Assembly: GCF_009914755.1 (NCBI RefSeq) | Contig: NC_060939.1 | DNA length: 64,000 nucleotides | Source: the human T2T-CHM13v2.0 reference genome, Homo sapiens | Strand: one strand, 5' to 3' | Shown here: in pieces, positions 17,060-31,776 of the stretch | How positions within the stretch are numbered: the stretch's first letter is position 1 | Layout of the letters: each line of letters opens with the position of its first letter | The notes under the pieces: model-generated | The model's input: the letters and a program-made list of their open reading frames with translations, nothing else | Told to the model about the DNA's origin: nothing | Databases searched by the model: none | Translations under genes and position numbers: made by a program

Positions 17060-17619
17060 TAGTGCTACTCGTAGTGCATATAGTTCCCCCAGTATTTTCT
17101 TCAATGCTAAGACAAGTAGCCTTTGCCCTGCTAACCAGAAATATAGAGGAATTCAAGGTAGTCATCAATTATTTTTCTTATCACAAAACCACAAAGCCAG
17201 CATCAAGGAAAATAAACACCTTCGGTAAAATAACCTGCCAAATTAATTTCTGCAAGATGTCTCAGAAAATGAAGATTAATTCTTTCCTTGGAAAAACACG
17301 TATTTTGCTTTTGAGAGTCTATGAACTGGTTTGTAGCTAACATGGAAATGAGCCTGAATGTATCATGCTGTGAATCACTAATCTAAGTCAGAGGCAGAAA
17401 CACTAATTCAGATGAGTGACTCTTTGTTTTTTCCCTGTAGAGAATTTGGTATATTTGCTTAGTCTTAGAATTTAAACATACTCTTTTGTGTATGAAATAA
17501 AGAACATATTGATATACTTACTGAAAAATTAGCACAAGACATGAATTCATGATTTCCCTCTTCCGCTGAGCTTCACGACAGAGTCCACTTACAACACAAC
17601 ATTAAGAAAAAACAATGCT

Positions 17620-19900
17620 TTTCTGGTGCCTGTTATGTACCAGGCATAGTGTAGGTGCAAGTGGTGCTGGGTAGACCAAGATTAATAAATTCTGTCGTGC
17701 CCTCAAGAGACACACAACCTAGTAAGGGAAGTAGATCAATTATTAGCATTATAATAGGTATAAATAAGGAATTATGGGAAAGAAAGAAGGGGCACCTAAC
17801 TCACTCCAAAAAGGCATTCTGGCAAAAATTACCTTTGATTTGCGATGCACTGGATGAGTAGGAGTTAACCAGACAAAGTTGAGGGAGAGAAAAGTAAGGA
17901 GACAGTTTGGAGAATGCATTCCTGACAAAGAGGAAAGCATTTGTAAAGGTGAGGACATGAGAATAGAGAGGAATGGAATATGTAGACAACCAAAAGCAGA
18001 TTCATGTTACTGAATTGAAAAGTAGGAAGCCGACAATAGTAAAATATGGGGCTGCCACTATAAGGAGGATCTAGACTGTAAAAGCCTCATTTGTCATATT
18101 AAAAAGATGGATCACATTCTGTAGGTAATGAGGAACCATCAGAGAGATTCAAATGAGGGAATAAGGTGGTCAAACTTGGGTTTTAGATATCATGCTCTTT
18201 CGGTTATATGGGGCATGGACTCAGGACTAGAATGGAAATAGATAAATCAAAGAGTTCTACAATAATCAAACAAGACAAGGTGACAGCTTGAACTAGGGCA
18301 GCCTCAGTAGGGATGGAGAGAAAAGAACAGAATTGAAAAGTATTTTGCAGGTACAAAGAGCAGCGTTTGGGAGTTGATTGAATGTGTGGGATATGGGAAA
18401 GGGAGGAGTAAAGAAAAACTCCCTGGCTGACTGGATGAGCCAATGGAAATGGGAAATGCAAGAGGAAGTATAGGTTTAATGAGGAGATGCCTGGCTCAAT
18501 TTCAAACAATCTCCTCTGGGAAATCCTACGGGAAATGTCTAATAGGCAGTTAGACAGTCCTCATCATAAAAGAGAAATCTGAGCTGGAAATACAGATTTA
18601 GGAGATGTTATGGGCTGAACTGTGTCTCCCCCACCAAATTCATATGTTGAAGTGCTAACCCCCAGGACCTCGGAATGTGACTGTATTTGGAGACAGGGTC
18701 TTTAAAGAGGTAATTAAGGTAAAATTAGGTTATTTGGGTGGGCCCTAATCCAATATTACTGATGTCCTTATAAGAAGAGATTAGGATACAGACTGAGGGG
18801 TGATCATGTGAAGACATGGTGAGAAGGCAGCTATCTTCAAGCCAAGGAATGAGGCCTCAGAATAAAATCAATCCTACCGATGCCTTGACCTTGGACTTCC
18901 GGCCTCCAGAATTGTGAGGAAATAAATTTTTATTGCTTATGACACCCTGTCTGTGACACTTGTTATGGCAGCCTGGGCGGACTAATACAGGAGACATCAT
19001 GGCTAATGTGGATTGAAACCACCACCCTAGAAAATAGAACTCAAAGACTGCATGTAGCCAAGGACTCGAAAGTGTAGGAAAAAGGCCCCAAAGAAGAGAA
19101 GGAGAAGTCAGAAAGGTGAAGAAACCAGAAGTCTGGGGTCAGGTAAACCATGGGAGTACAGTGCTCAAAATGGGGAGAATAATCAACATTGCCAAATGCA
19201 GCAGAAATGTACAGTAAGATCATGAATCAAATGGAATTGGCATGACATAGGTAATCTTAGTGAGAGCAATTTCTGTAAAGCAGGGTTATCAGAATCGAGA
19301 TTGCAGTGGGTTGAGGAGAGACTATCAGATGAACAAGCAGAGAATATGGATGTAGCCAACCCTTCTGAGAAGCTTGGATGGTAACAAGAGGAATGAGATT
19401 GAGCAGGCTTACTGTGGGGAAACTATAGATCTCTGGGAGATCAAATCATGTTTCCAGACTGAGGAAATGGCACAAGAGAGTGAAAAAATTGAAGACGTAG
19501 GCAAAGAAAGGGGCGACCCACGGAGTAAGATCCAGGAGGAACAGAAAATTGAGGGAAAGGCATGAATGGAAGAGTTGGCCTGAAACATAAAAAAATTAAA
19601 AAATTTTTAAAAATTAAAAAAAAACCACTTCATCTAAAATTGGAGCAAAGGAGGTGAGGATTGATGATGGGATATGTGGATTTGTGAGAGTAGAGTGGTA
19701 AATTGAAGAAGATGATGCACAATAGTCTCAATTCTTTCTATTAAGCTGGAGCAATGGTTTACTTCTAAAAGCAAGAGAGGAATGGTTTAACTGAGAATGA
19801 GAAGAAACTAGTAAGCATTTTAAAAAGTCATGATGGAGAATGAAAAAGATCAGCAAGAACTGATCAGTGTACAACAGTGAAAACCCAGTTGTGGTTGTCC
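17620..19900 (-). mobile_element. Old LINE-2 remnants (patchy), also a 3'-end fragment at ~16950-17060
   Basis: Purine-rich degenerate L2-like sequence; attcaaccaacaagtatttattgagcacctactttgtgcc at ~16953. Confidence 0.6.
18606..18989 (+). mobile_element. MLT1 (MLT1B-like) solo LTR, complete
   Basis: TGTTATGGGCTGAA...ACTAATACA termini; 5-bp TSD GGAGA at 18601-18605 and 18990-18994. Confidence 0.88.
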
Positions 19901-20443
19901 AGTTTTCTCTGGCAGCATGAAGTCTCCAAGGTACAGGAGCGGCATCAGGGTATTTCTGAGAGTAGGTTCAGCAGACAGAAAAAAGAATTCTTAAGGGCTA
20001 TTGCCTGATCGATTCATACTCTATTTGCTGGTTCATTATTGTCTACATCAAAACAGGAAAGAATATGAGTGGATTAGGTGAATTTTCTGATGCAACCATT
20101 CTGGTATGTTGTAGGAGAAGAGGAGGACGAAGAAAAAAACTAGAGATCAAGTGTTTGTATAAGACAGAGAGCTACTATCTGATTATGTATACTCTATGAT
20201 AATGAAGCATTAAAAAATAAAACAGCGAGGAGAGTGCATCCTATGCAAAATTGTAGCACAAAAGGTTATCTCTTGGTGCCTTTAGCCTTCCTTTTTATGC
20301 CCCTTTTCTTCTTTATGGACATTTTAAATCTCCAGATCAGAAATACTAACTCCCACTCAGTGAGTATTCACTATTAATGTATATTCCCTCCTAGTAGAAC
20401 TTAATACTTTAGTAGCAACATAGTTAAAATATTTGAGCACTTA

Positions 20444-20540
20444 CGTGAACCCGGGAGGCGGAGCTTGCAGTGAGCCGAGATCGCGCCACTGCACTCCAGC
20501 CTGGGCGAAAGAGCGAGACTCCGTCTCAACAACAACAAAA
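20444..20540 (+). mobile_element. 5'-truncated AluY inserted in a MIR
   Basis: Last ~85 nt of AluY with CpGs intact; 18-bp TSD AAAATATTTGAGCACTTA at 20426-20443 and 20539-20556. Confidence 0.9.
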
Positions 20541-23359
20541 AATATTTGAGCACTTATTATGTGCCATCTATTATGCTTCTTGTTCACACATAGCATTTAT
20601 CATCCCAGCTACCCTATGAGGAGAGTATTATCATTGTCCCCATTTTACAACTGGTAAAATGGGGGCTTACCCAAGATTCACAAGGCTAGTCATTGGTACA
20701 GCTGGGATTCAAACCTGTATCTGTTTGAAAGCCCCTATTTTATCTTTGAAAAAGAGGAGCTAGAGAGGATGGTGACATATAAAGAGAGGCAATGGTGAAA
20801 TCTGAGCTCTGGGAATGAGGCAAAGCTGTTTCTATGTGTTCCTTAAGACACCCAACAAGGGGGCTGCCTGTCTATGGTAACATAGACCTGACTTTGAGGG
20901 CAATTACAAGAACTTAGTATTAAGAGAACTGTTCTGTTGCGAACTTCCTAGGTTTTACTTTAATTTTTTTCTCCTGGCTTTTGTGCTGTAATGTTTTCCA
21001 TCTAAAAATGAGAATGCAAAATATAACTTGTATTTAGATTACACATTTGCTTTGTGTGTTATGTTGATCTCTTCAAGCTGAAAGATGTGATGTAGCTGAA
21101 AAGCATTGCTCCCACCCCTCATTGTTCCATCTGCCAAGATGCACCATCAATTTACTTCTATAAAGCAATACAGCAACCAAGTTTTGCAATATTTCTCAAA
21201 TAATCCTGGCAGTGAACTGCATCCCCTTTTAATTTCCCAAGGGTTGTATCCTATTTAAATAAACTTTGATGTTTGAAATATTTCTGCTTCTTAGTCAAGA
21301 AAGGGAAAATGCAATTGGATGCTAATAAAATAATTACAAGTACCAACTATCTAGGGTAAACAAAGAAAAACAATGTTACACAAATACATGAAGAACACGC
21401 AGAAAAACAACATGATAGAAATTAACTTTCCGCCACATTTCCATGCATTGTTTTGAGGTTTATGTAATTTACGACACAAACCTCTTATTAGATTTTGAAT
21501 TGGAAGAAATAAACTTGCATTTCATTATATTATGCTGTAATTCAGGGCCTAATAAGGGCCTAATAAATCTTAAGTATTGCATTATACTATGTTAATGATT
21601 GTCATCATAGCTTTTCCAACACAGGCACCACAGTGTCATCACAGATTATAATTTAAAGGAAATATTAGCAATTCAGAGTGCCCATATACTGTAGTTAATA
21701 AAGCAGTGAATAGAAATCAGCTTTATAGATAATTTACCAGCTAACGACAATTATTTTTATATTGTATCACAGGCTTATGTGAGAATAACTTTTAATATAA
21801 ATAAGATCGATGCTCATAACATTGTAACTTGTATACTGTAGCAACTCATCCAATACTGATGACTGATAGTTTCTCTTAATAAATTATTGCCTGACAACAC
21901 ACACAAAAAAAGCCATGATATTTCATACTGCTCACTTCCCAGAGGAATTTAGCAAGTTTTCCAACTACAACAAGGAGTCAAAATTGTACTGGTAAGAAAT
22001 AAAGTGATGGAACATGATTTGCCATATATTGTGGTCAAGTATTCCATGTAAGTACAGCATGATTTGTGAACATCTCAGAGCACGGGGATACTGCTGTGTC
22101 TGATCAAGTGGCTTAGCAAAATAAAGACAGATGGCAGTGTAGTAAATAATTACTTGATTAGAAGGCAACCACTGCAGGATTGCTTCCTGCCTTCAATTCA
22201 ACTAGACTTCACCTGGGGTACAGCACATTGATTCATATGAGCATTTACAGCTTTGAGTTGATTGACCAAGGAAAGAATTACAACTTAAAATTAATAAAGA
22301 AAAAGGATGCTGTAAAATGGGAAGGGATTCCATTCCCCAGTGGGTTTCCCTGCTCTCCCTTCTGGTGTCAGATAATTAACGACTCTCTATCCTTAAGATT
22401 CAAAGCAGATTGTAATTTGTAGGGCCTCTGCCTATTTCTAAAAGATATCTTAAAAAAAAAAAAAAAAAGACTGGGGACATAACATTTGAAGCAATCTTGA
22501 CAAGTAAATTGAGTTTCAAAAAATAGTCACTCCAACTGGGTACCATATAATCGATTTATAAAGCACTTGAAAATACAGTAACTACTATTCAAAGTACTTT
22601 TGGCATTTACATGACAGTATGGCTCAAGAGTCACTCTTAGTTATTACTGTGAAAACTGTTTGGGATGTGGATGACAAAATTGATTAGAAACCTGCCCTCA
22701 ACTGAGAGAACCTACAGGTCTAAGCTTTTTCTTCCACCGTCATAACTTCAGGTTGAGGTTATAAACATCTTGAAAAGAGAGAAGGGCAGGCATGCTCTCT
22801 ATATCCCTATTTCCATATCTCGATCTCTATCTATCTATCTCTATCTCTATCTCTCAGTAGCAATGTGGCCTTATAAACTATGACATACTACAGAATTATC
22901 TAATGTATTCAAGTTCCCAGTAGGTACCATTAAAGGATTTCCAGGTGGTGGTCTTTTCCAGGGAAAAGTCCCCTCTCCTTCCCCACTTGCCTCTCATGCT
23001 TCCATTTCCCAGGCTCTTATCTCACTGGTCCCACCTTCTGTCCTCTATCTGCCCCTTTTTTATATAACTTTGTATACGGTATTAACTGCACTTCTTTCAA
23101 ACATTGTCTTTTGTACTTACCACACACACACATACACACACACACACTTCTCACACCCCCATTCTTCACAACTCTGCACTTGTTTTTCTTCTTTTATAAA
23201 GACAGTACTTTCAAAACTATTGAACTGAATTGAACAGCATTGATCTGTTCTTTAATTTATTTCAACATACAATTCTTGAGTGCCTGTTGGTGCAAACATG
23301 GGTCCAGGTAATAAACGGGAGGGGTGGCAGCATGAAGAACATGGGAGGGATAACATGAG

Positions 23360-23600
23360 GTCCAAGCATAGCGTTTGGAATAGACAGACCTGGGTTTGGA
23401 TCCCAAATTTGACATCTTTTGTCTGTGTGATGTTGGTCAAGTTACCCATCCTCTCTGTGTTTCACTTTTTGCATTTTCCAATGGGAATAATTATAGTACC
23501 TACGTCACAGATTTGTTGTTTTGGATTAAAGAATTTGATGGCTGCAAAGTGTTTGGCATTGTACTTGGCATACAGTAAACTCTCAATAAATGTTGGTGAT
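23360..23600 (+). mobile_element. MIR
   Basis: cagacctgggtttggatccc...tgtgatgttggtcaagttac...ctcaataaatgtt. Confidence 0.7.
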
Positions 23601-26600
23601 GAAAAATGGCGTAAGTTCTGCCCTCCAGGAGTCTGGAGTCCATTGTGAATAAGATAGACATCCAAGTCACACAGTTATAGTAGTTAGTGGAATAAAGGTT
23701 TAAGCAAGGTATTACGGAAATACAGAGGAGATTGATTCTGATTGAGAAATTTGGGGATGGTTTTTGAAAACATGCAGACTGGGTGTTCCTTCAACAGGCA
23801 GCTATTGCGATCAAGGCATATCACTGAAGGAGAAGAGAGAAGAGGGATAAACACTAGAATTGGGAGCAGAAGACTTGGGTCACTAGCTGTGCTACCTTGG
23901 ACAAATCACTTGAACTTTCTGAGCCCAAGTTTCCTTTTTGGTAAAATGGGGAGAATAATACCAGCTCTGCATGCATCCCAGTATTCGTATCAAATGAGAT
24001 ACTATGTAGAAAGGGCTTTGTAATTTCTGAAAATTAAAAATGTAGTCGTGATGGTGGTGATGATAGAAAAAGTAATTTTTATTGTCAGGCTAGTGGAAAT
24101 CAACTTATATCCATTCGTTCATACTCTCTTGGCTGGCTCCCCTTGTGGCTAATGGTATGCCTTTGCAAGTCATCTGGCCAGTATTTCTGTTGACAAAAAT
24201 GTTTAGACAAAGTCTACTCTTAATTTCCCTGCATGCAAACAGAGGCAAGCAGTACACCAGATAGATCATTCAGAAGAACAGATAATCAAAACATCACTTC
24301 TGTTTAGTGTTGAAATGCGAAAAGGAAGGAGTGCACAGAAGGAGGCCTTAGATCACCTACCAAGTGAATAATTAAGAATTAACTTGAATAAGAACTTGCG
24401 AAAATCACTATGCAAATGGGAATCACACCATGGTATGGATCTGAAAATCCAAGATGGCAAAGCAAGCTGATTTTAGCCTTTAGAATAAATACTCTCTGTA
24501 ATCTTCTGTCTCTATCATCTTTGAGGAAACTGCTACATCTAAAGCATTCGAGCAAAATTTGATTTTGTCTCTCAGGCCTGCAATTTTGCAGCTTGCTCTG
24601 TTCTGGATGGGCTGTGCACATACCTTCAAGCAATTGTTGGAATCGCTCCCAGTTCACTCAGCCCGCTGACTCCATTACAAAAGAGGATTTATCTTTCTTT
24701 CCCTCTTTGTCCAAACTAGAGGACAAAGAGCATGGCAACCAGTGGCTAATCATAGGGCGCACTGGAGCCTGCCCAAAAAAAAAGAAAAGAGAAGAATCCC
24801 CTCCCAGGGCAGCCCTTACAGTTGCCACATCAGAGGACTGCAAAGAGCAGGTTACCCCATAAGTGGCCCCTGCAATACCCCAGAAGACAAAATAACAGCT
24901 AGGATGCCGTCATCCAGGACAGTGACAACAAAGTCTGGGTACCAGTGCTGCTGCTCTAGTGCAGCCTTCCATATAGAACCGTATCTTTAGGGTCCTCCTT
25001 TTAAAATGACATGTTGGATGGGCCATCATTTTGGGGGATTAACTTAGCCCATTACACCATATGCCTGAGAGTGTTTAGGTTTATCTGATGATAAAGCATA
25101 GGAAGGTAATAAAACAACTCTGAAATAGTAATAATAATAAGCCACAGGAGGAAGGTCTTCATGGTGGGAAGCATATGCAGATCTCTTTGCATATGAACCC
25201 TGTAACTTGCTGGGTGATATCAGGCAACTCACTTAACCTATTAGTTTCTTCATCTACAAAATGAAGATGATAATAGTAGTAACTATCTCAGAGTTGTTTA
25301 GAAAGGAATAAAATGCAACACAGTCCCTGGCACCCAAAGAGTGTGCAATAAATAGCAATTGCTAAAATAACTCCCAGGCATCTCAAAATACTCAATTTGT
25401 TTTGCATGACTAGGCCCATTTCCAAAAGTTGCATAAATATACTGCCTATAGAATGCCATTCTTGCTCTGTTTTTTAAGGACCTCCAAAACACTATGCAGA
25501 AACTTTGTTTATGCTTTTTGCAAAGCTTGGGGGGTGGGAAAAGGAAAGGGTTACAGTTTTCCATTTCACAGACGGGAAATCCGAGGCATAGAAAAAGTAA
25601 ATTACTTGCCTAATGTCACATAAAGCCAGCAGCAGAGCTGTAATTGGTTGTGACCCCCCAGTGCAATGCAGCTTGTCTTCTCCTTTCAAAAGTCAGGGGT
25701 AAGCAACTTCTGTCTCAGCTTTAATACCATCAGTCTAATTTCTCAGATTTTCTATAGCTGCTGATCTTGAGAACCTTTGAAGCTTTGGGGAAATCACATG
25801 GGTGATTTGACCTTAAATCTCATGCCACTCGCAAAAGATTAATTGCTAAGACCTGGAAAGGGGCCAGACAATTCTGTGTAGCTGAATAGCAGCATCGTCT
25901 AGGGATGTGACTGTCCTGACAGATTTAGTTAGTACATAATTGATAAATCTAGAGTTTGTATAGCTTCGCTTCACAGATAGATAACGCAATGGGCTCCAAG
26001 GGTTGACATTTACAGAAGCTCTCCCAGTGTTTTGTAACACTGAATCTAGGTTTTCTATCCTCTTCCTCTGAGCATTGCTCATTTTCTAAGGCTCTGTTCT
26101 CAGCAGGCAATAAGATGAGGGCATCTGACAAGAGTGCCACCTCACCCAGTATAAGCAAGAAGCAAGAAGCCTCCTAAGTGTAGCACTGTCATATGACTGC
26201 TTTGAAAGTCTTATTTACCCTGATTCAGTGCAGGGTGAGGTCAAAGAGAGATCCAGCACATTACATAGCAGCTAGGAAATTTTCGTCACAATCGGAATCC
26301 AAAAAAGATAAAAGGCAGCCAGATACAACATCAAAGCTTGGATAGTGTGTCTCAACCTTGGGCAGGAAATTTTGCACTGCTTGACTCCTGTTCCAGACTA
26401 AAACATGTCACAAGACCCCTTTTAGCAATTTGAACTCTGACAGGCACCCAGAAACCTCAGCTTTTATTTCTTTGACTTTGGTCACCCACTCCACAAAGTT
26501 ATTTTGCTTATTGAAAGGAATTGGTGGTGGATATTTTCCATTGTAATTTGTATCCAGAGCCTATAGAGTTTATTGTAAGATTTTGTTATCTTTTCTTAAT

Positions 26601-26888
26601 TCTTGCTGTCTAGTTTTATGTTTCAATTCATGAAGCATTGTTGTGTGGCTGATATATACTCAGTGTACTTCTGTAATTTTGTCACTTCCAGTTGTAAAAC
26701 ATCTGACCCACTAGCTTAGGTCAGTAAATCAGTGGCTTACAGTGTGAAAGATTTTCTGTTTGTTTGTTTTTGCATGGTAGTGAATAAGGATGGCATTAAA
26801 TAGCCTCTCTTGCCCTCACAAATAAAAATGCTGTAACTTCATGTATCATAACTTAACACATAGAGCTGTTTTTCTAAGCTAGTTGTGA

Positions 26889-27239
<351 letters not shown>

Positions 27240-27370
27240 TAATATATAAAAATCATTTAGAAAAAATTACTATGTATAAACAATTATTTTATCACATACA
27301 TACCATTTTAAATATTAAAAGTTTATAAGATTGTTTCTAGAAACTTTGTAGTTCTGAGTTAAGTAGGTGA

Positions 27371-27571
<201 letters not shown>

Positions 27572-30256
27572 TGAGTCACTATTTGAGCATCTATGAAGAG
27601 TCCGAAGTCAGCATCTAAGATGTTGGGAGCATTGAGTGTGGGTAGGAACTGAAAGGTTTCTCTCCAGAAGGTAGTATGGATAAACGGTAGCAGCTATTGT
27701 CATTTATCAACCTCATTAAGTACTTTGTACCATCTTACTGTCAAAAATTATTTTTTAAATGTAATATTTGGTTTGGAAGTCAAATAGTGCTTAAGCAGAT
27801 TGCATGCCATAAAACAGAAGTTTCTCAGTTAAGATGGAAAGGGGATAGAAATTTAAGAGCCAATACCCAAACTGTCTTATCCACAGACACCCTTACCTTT
27901 CAGACATTTCAGGGAACTGAAATACGACTAGTACATGCAAATACGGTATCCAGCTGGAACGCTGATTTCAACAAAAGCATCTTTATCACAAACCAGAATG
28001 CACGACTTAGAACTTTATTGGTACTCACTACCTGTAGATTTCATCTAAATGCTACACTTATATGTGGACTTATGGTATGCAGTCCTGGGACAAAGGATCA
28101 GAGGTTGGGAGAGCTTGTTACACATTTTATAAACAGATGATTCAAACGTTTGGTTTTTTGAAAATTACTTCCCGAAACGCTATGGGTTTGAGTTTAATGA
28201 GGTCCACAGTGACCTCTGCTGGTCAAAAATCAGAATGTTACCAGGCATTTGTTTATGCACGAATGTCCTGTAGTTACTGAAGTCATACACTGGTGTGAGG
28301 CCAGGAAAAGATGGTTTCTCTGGGAGGGTCTCCAAGTCAAACAGCAGGATCCAAGTGGAGACTTAGCAAGCTTCTGGTCTAGGTTGACCGGCGCCAACCC
28401 TTTAAAGAGGCCCTTCGACAAGGCCATCTCCTACCCTGTAAATCGTTTGTCTGTTTGCTTTCCTACTATAGCCCAAGGACGAAATTTCACCTGTAATATA
28501 ATAGTTTTATATATCCACAGAGAATGATGGGAAATCCAGATATTGCCCCACTTCAAATACTCTGGCTACTGTCGAGCTCCTGGGATACCCCATGGGCCGT
28601 GGCCTACTCCTTACAGTCCACCTTAAAATGACATAAATGATGTGTTTGAATTCAACTTGAAGCTACATCAGGACTTTTAGGGTGAAAATATTTAAATAAG
28701 ACTGTTCTGGATGCTAACTATTATCTTCTTTTCTTTCTAATTATTTGGTTTAACTGTGAAAAAAGTTAACAATCCATTAAATCTGCTCTATTAAGTGGTA
28801 CAGTCTGGAAAATAATGGGAAATTCCAAAGTCATAGCCCAATAATGTGCTCCAACTAGAGAGAGGGAAGCATTAATGTCCTTATTATGACAGCGGGACTT
28901 GTTATTTATTCTGGAAGCTTATTTCTGCGTCACAATACTTGTTTTGGCAAAAATATACTCTTCCAAAAGTCAACATGTCAAATTGTTCAGAAAAGAAAAG
29001 TAATAATGTTATATACTGTTTTAATACCTAGAAGTTTAAACACAGCTCTAAAGTGGGCCCATTCACTACTCTGGGCTTCCATTGCTTGTCAACTCTTTTG
29101 AGTTCTAGACGAGAACCAATCCTGCCTCCAGGTACCTGAGTGTGAACAGGAGGCCTCTGGCTGCTTTGACTTGTCTGTAAGTGAGGGCAGAGCTTGGTCC
29201 ATTTTGTAAATAAATTTTTCTCCCTCAGCGGTCCCAGGGATGTAAAAACAATATCAGATCATTGCTTCAGAACTGACAGACTCTAAACATGGAAACAACA
29301 AAAGATAAAACAAAGCATCTTCAGAACCTCTTAGATCAGAGAGGAAGCTCTGAAGAGGCTGTCAGCCCTCCTCTAAGCACCAGGCTGACACCACCACTTT
29401 GAAACACAGCAATAAAGTCATGACTTTCAAAGACACAGATATGAGAAATGCTACGTACGCTGTGGCAAATAAACCCCTCTTGGCAAACAGGAACAGGTCC
29501 AGTTCCAACACTGGCCGAGTTCCCTGGTACACTTTCACTGTATCCATGTTAGGGTAGAAATCACATTTAAAAAAATTGTAACTATTTTATATACACCCTT
29601 AATTATAACTCAAGTAAAGATGTTTTGTATTTCCATATTTTCTAAGGTTTTTTTTTTTTCATCTAATTCACAAAGATTCAAATAGCTCAAATGGCTTTAC
29701 TTTAGCTTCGCAAGATTCCTTGAAAAGAAAGCAGAAGAGTAAGCCAGGCCAACTAAGAGACTAAATAGTCATAGAGTTCAAGATGCACACAGTCCCTGGC
29801 AAATTTTATAAACCAGACCTGAATGGAACTTAAACCAAAATAGTGCTTCATGAATCAATTCCCTAATGAACGGATATTTCTGATTCTATAGCTTATTTCT
29901 AGAAAACCACTTACCACATGTTAAGTAAATACAAAAATATTAATATCATTAAGGTGATTTATATCTGAGATTTTGGGAAATGTGGATATTCTGGCTAGTA
30001 GCATTGTTGCATGCCTAAATAATAACTCCACTCTGAGACAGATTACTAAAGGTCTGAAAAAATCCATTGTCTTTTAATAAAAACTATTATTATAAAGCTG
30101 TTTTACTTATTGACTGTCAATATTTTATTTAACTATTGAAGGTGTTCTCAATTATTCTGGGATTGGACTTTTATCTCTGCCTTTTGAAGAATACCGCTAT
30201 TTATTTTAGGTATAATAAACATGAATCTGTGACCTTTTCTCTATTTTCATCACTAG

Positions 30257-30481
<225 letters not shown>

Positions 30482-30651
30482 TAGGGACAAGAATTTCAAT
30501 TTTGATAAACTTAAACTGCATGAGAAGGTATATGGGAACAATACTGGTTAAAGAATAACATTTCTGTGTTCTCCAAAGACTATAACTTAATTAAGAGCTA
30601 TCAATGTGGTAATGAATAAAGATATAAAGCTATTCATTTCCTTCCATTTAG

Positions 30652-30801
<150 letters not shown>

Positions 30802-31675
30802 TAAGTAGTTTGCCACTCACATGTTAGGTCATTTCAGAGGTTTGTTGCTTTAATGCTTTAATTTTAATAACTTTAAGTGTCTCTGAGACACAATAGACTC
30901 AAAGACAAAGCCACCAGGATAGGCCTCGTGTTTACTTGGTTATCTGGTCAGTAAATTATTCGCATATTTTTCCTGATCGCTGTCTTCAAGCAAGTCCTCT
31001 TATCCTCTGTCACAAATGCTTTCCAAAAGGAAGGTGCCACAGAAGCCTCATCTCAAGTCTTGAGTGGGAGCTTCGTTATCTCATATAATGCTTATTTTGT
31101 TCTGACCAGTAAAGGCATCCAAGAAAAGAAGAGCCTGAAGGAAATCTGGGTCCAGTTGCTTTTTCTGTGGGAATTCAAAACTCCTAATTCATGGCAGTCA
31201 CTCTTAGAACAGCATATGTAAAAGAGAACTAAATGGAGAGACTGCACCTGGGTTCTAGCCCCAGCTCTGCCATCAAGGAGCTGCAGGACTTTGCAACAGT
31301 CTCCAAACGCATCTGGGTCCCCAGTTTCTCCTTTGTAGTTTGAAAGAGTTTAAAGGGATGACTGTAGAGAACTCTTAATTAAAAAAAAAAAATCCCACAG
31401 TGTAAGTCTGTATCTTTCTCATTAATTTAGCCATTGAGAGTTGATGCCAGTTGTGAGAATAATAAGCATGCTGAGAACATGACACATCTAGAGGTCTCTG
31501 ATGGAAATCCAGAAAACCACCTTCAGCAGCTCTTAGTCCCTCAGGGCACTGAGGGACTAAGCTCTGAGCCCTTCCTGGAACCAGCACTTCCAGAAGTCAC
31601 AAAATAATGACAGGCTTTATTCAGTAATTTTTAACATTTTCTCTTCCCTCTTAGGATGTATTATGCTGTGAATGT

Positions 31676-31678
<3 letters not shown>

Positions 31679-31709
<31 letters not shown>

Positions 31710-31776
31710 GTATAACTATGTATAACTGTATAATGTATAATGTATAACAATGTATAACAATGTATATACACACACA
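31679..31776. repeat. (TA)n followed by (ATGTATAA)-like repeats
   Basis: Direct reading. Confidence 0.85.

Noticed and set aside
27697-28140. 147-aa intronic ORF in unique sequence
   Set aside because: Non-ATG (TTG) start, no recognisable domain, no exon signals
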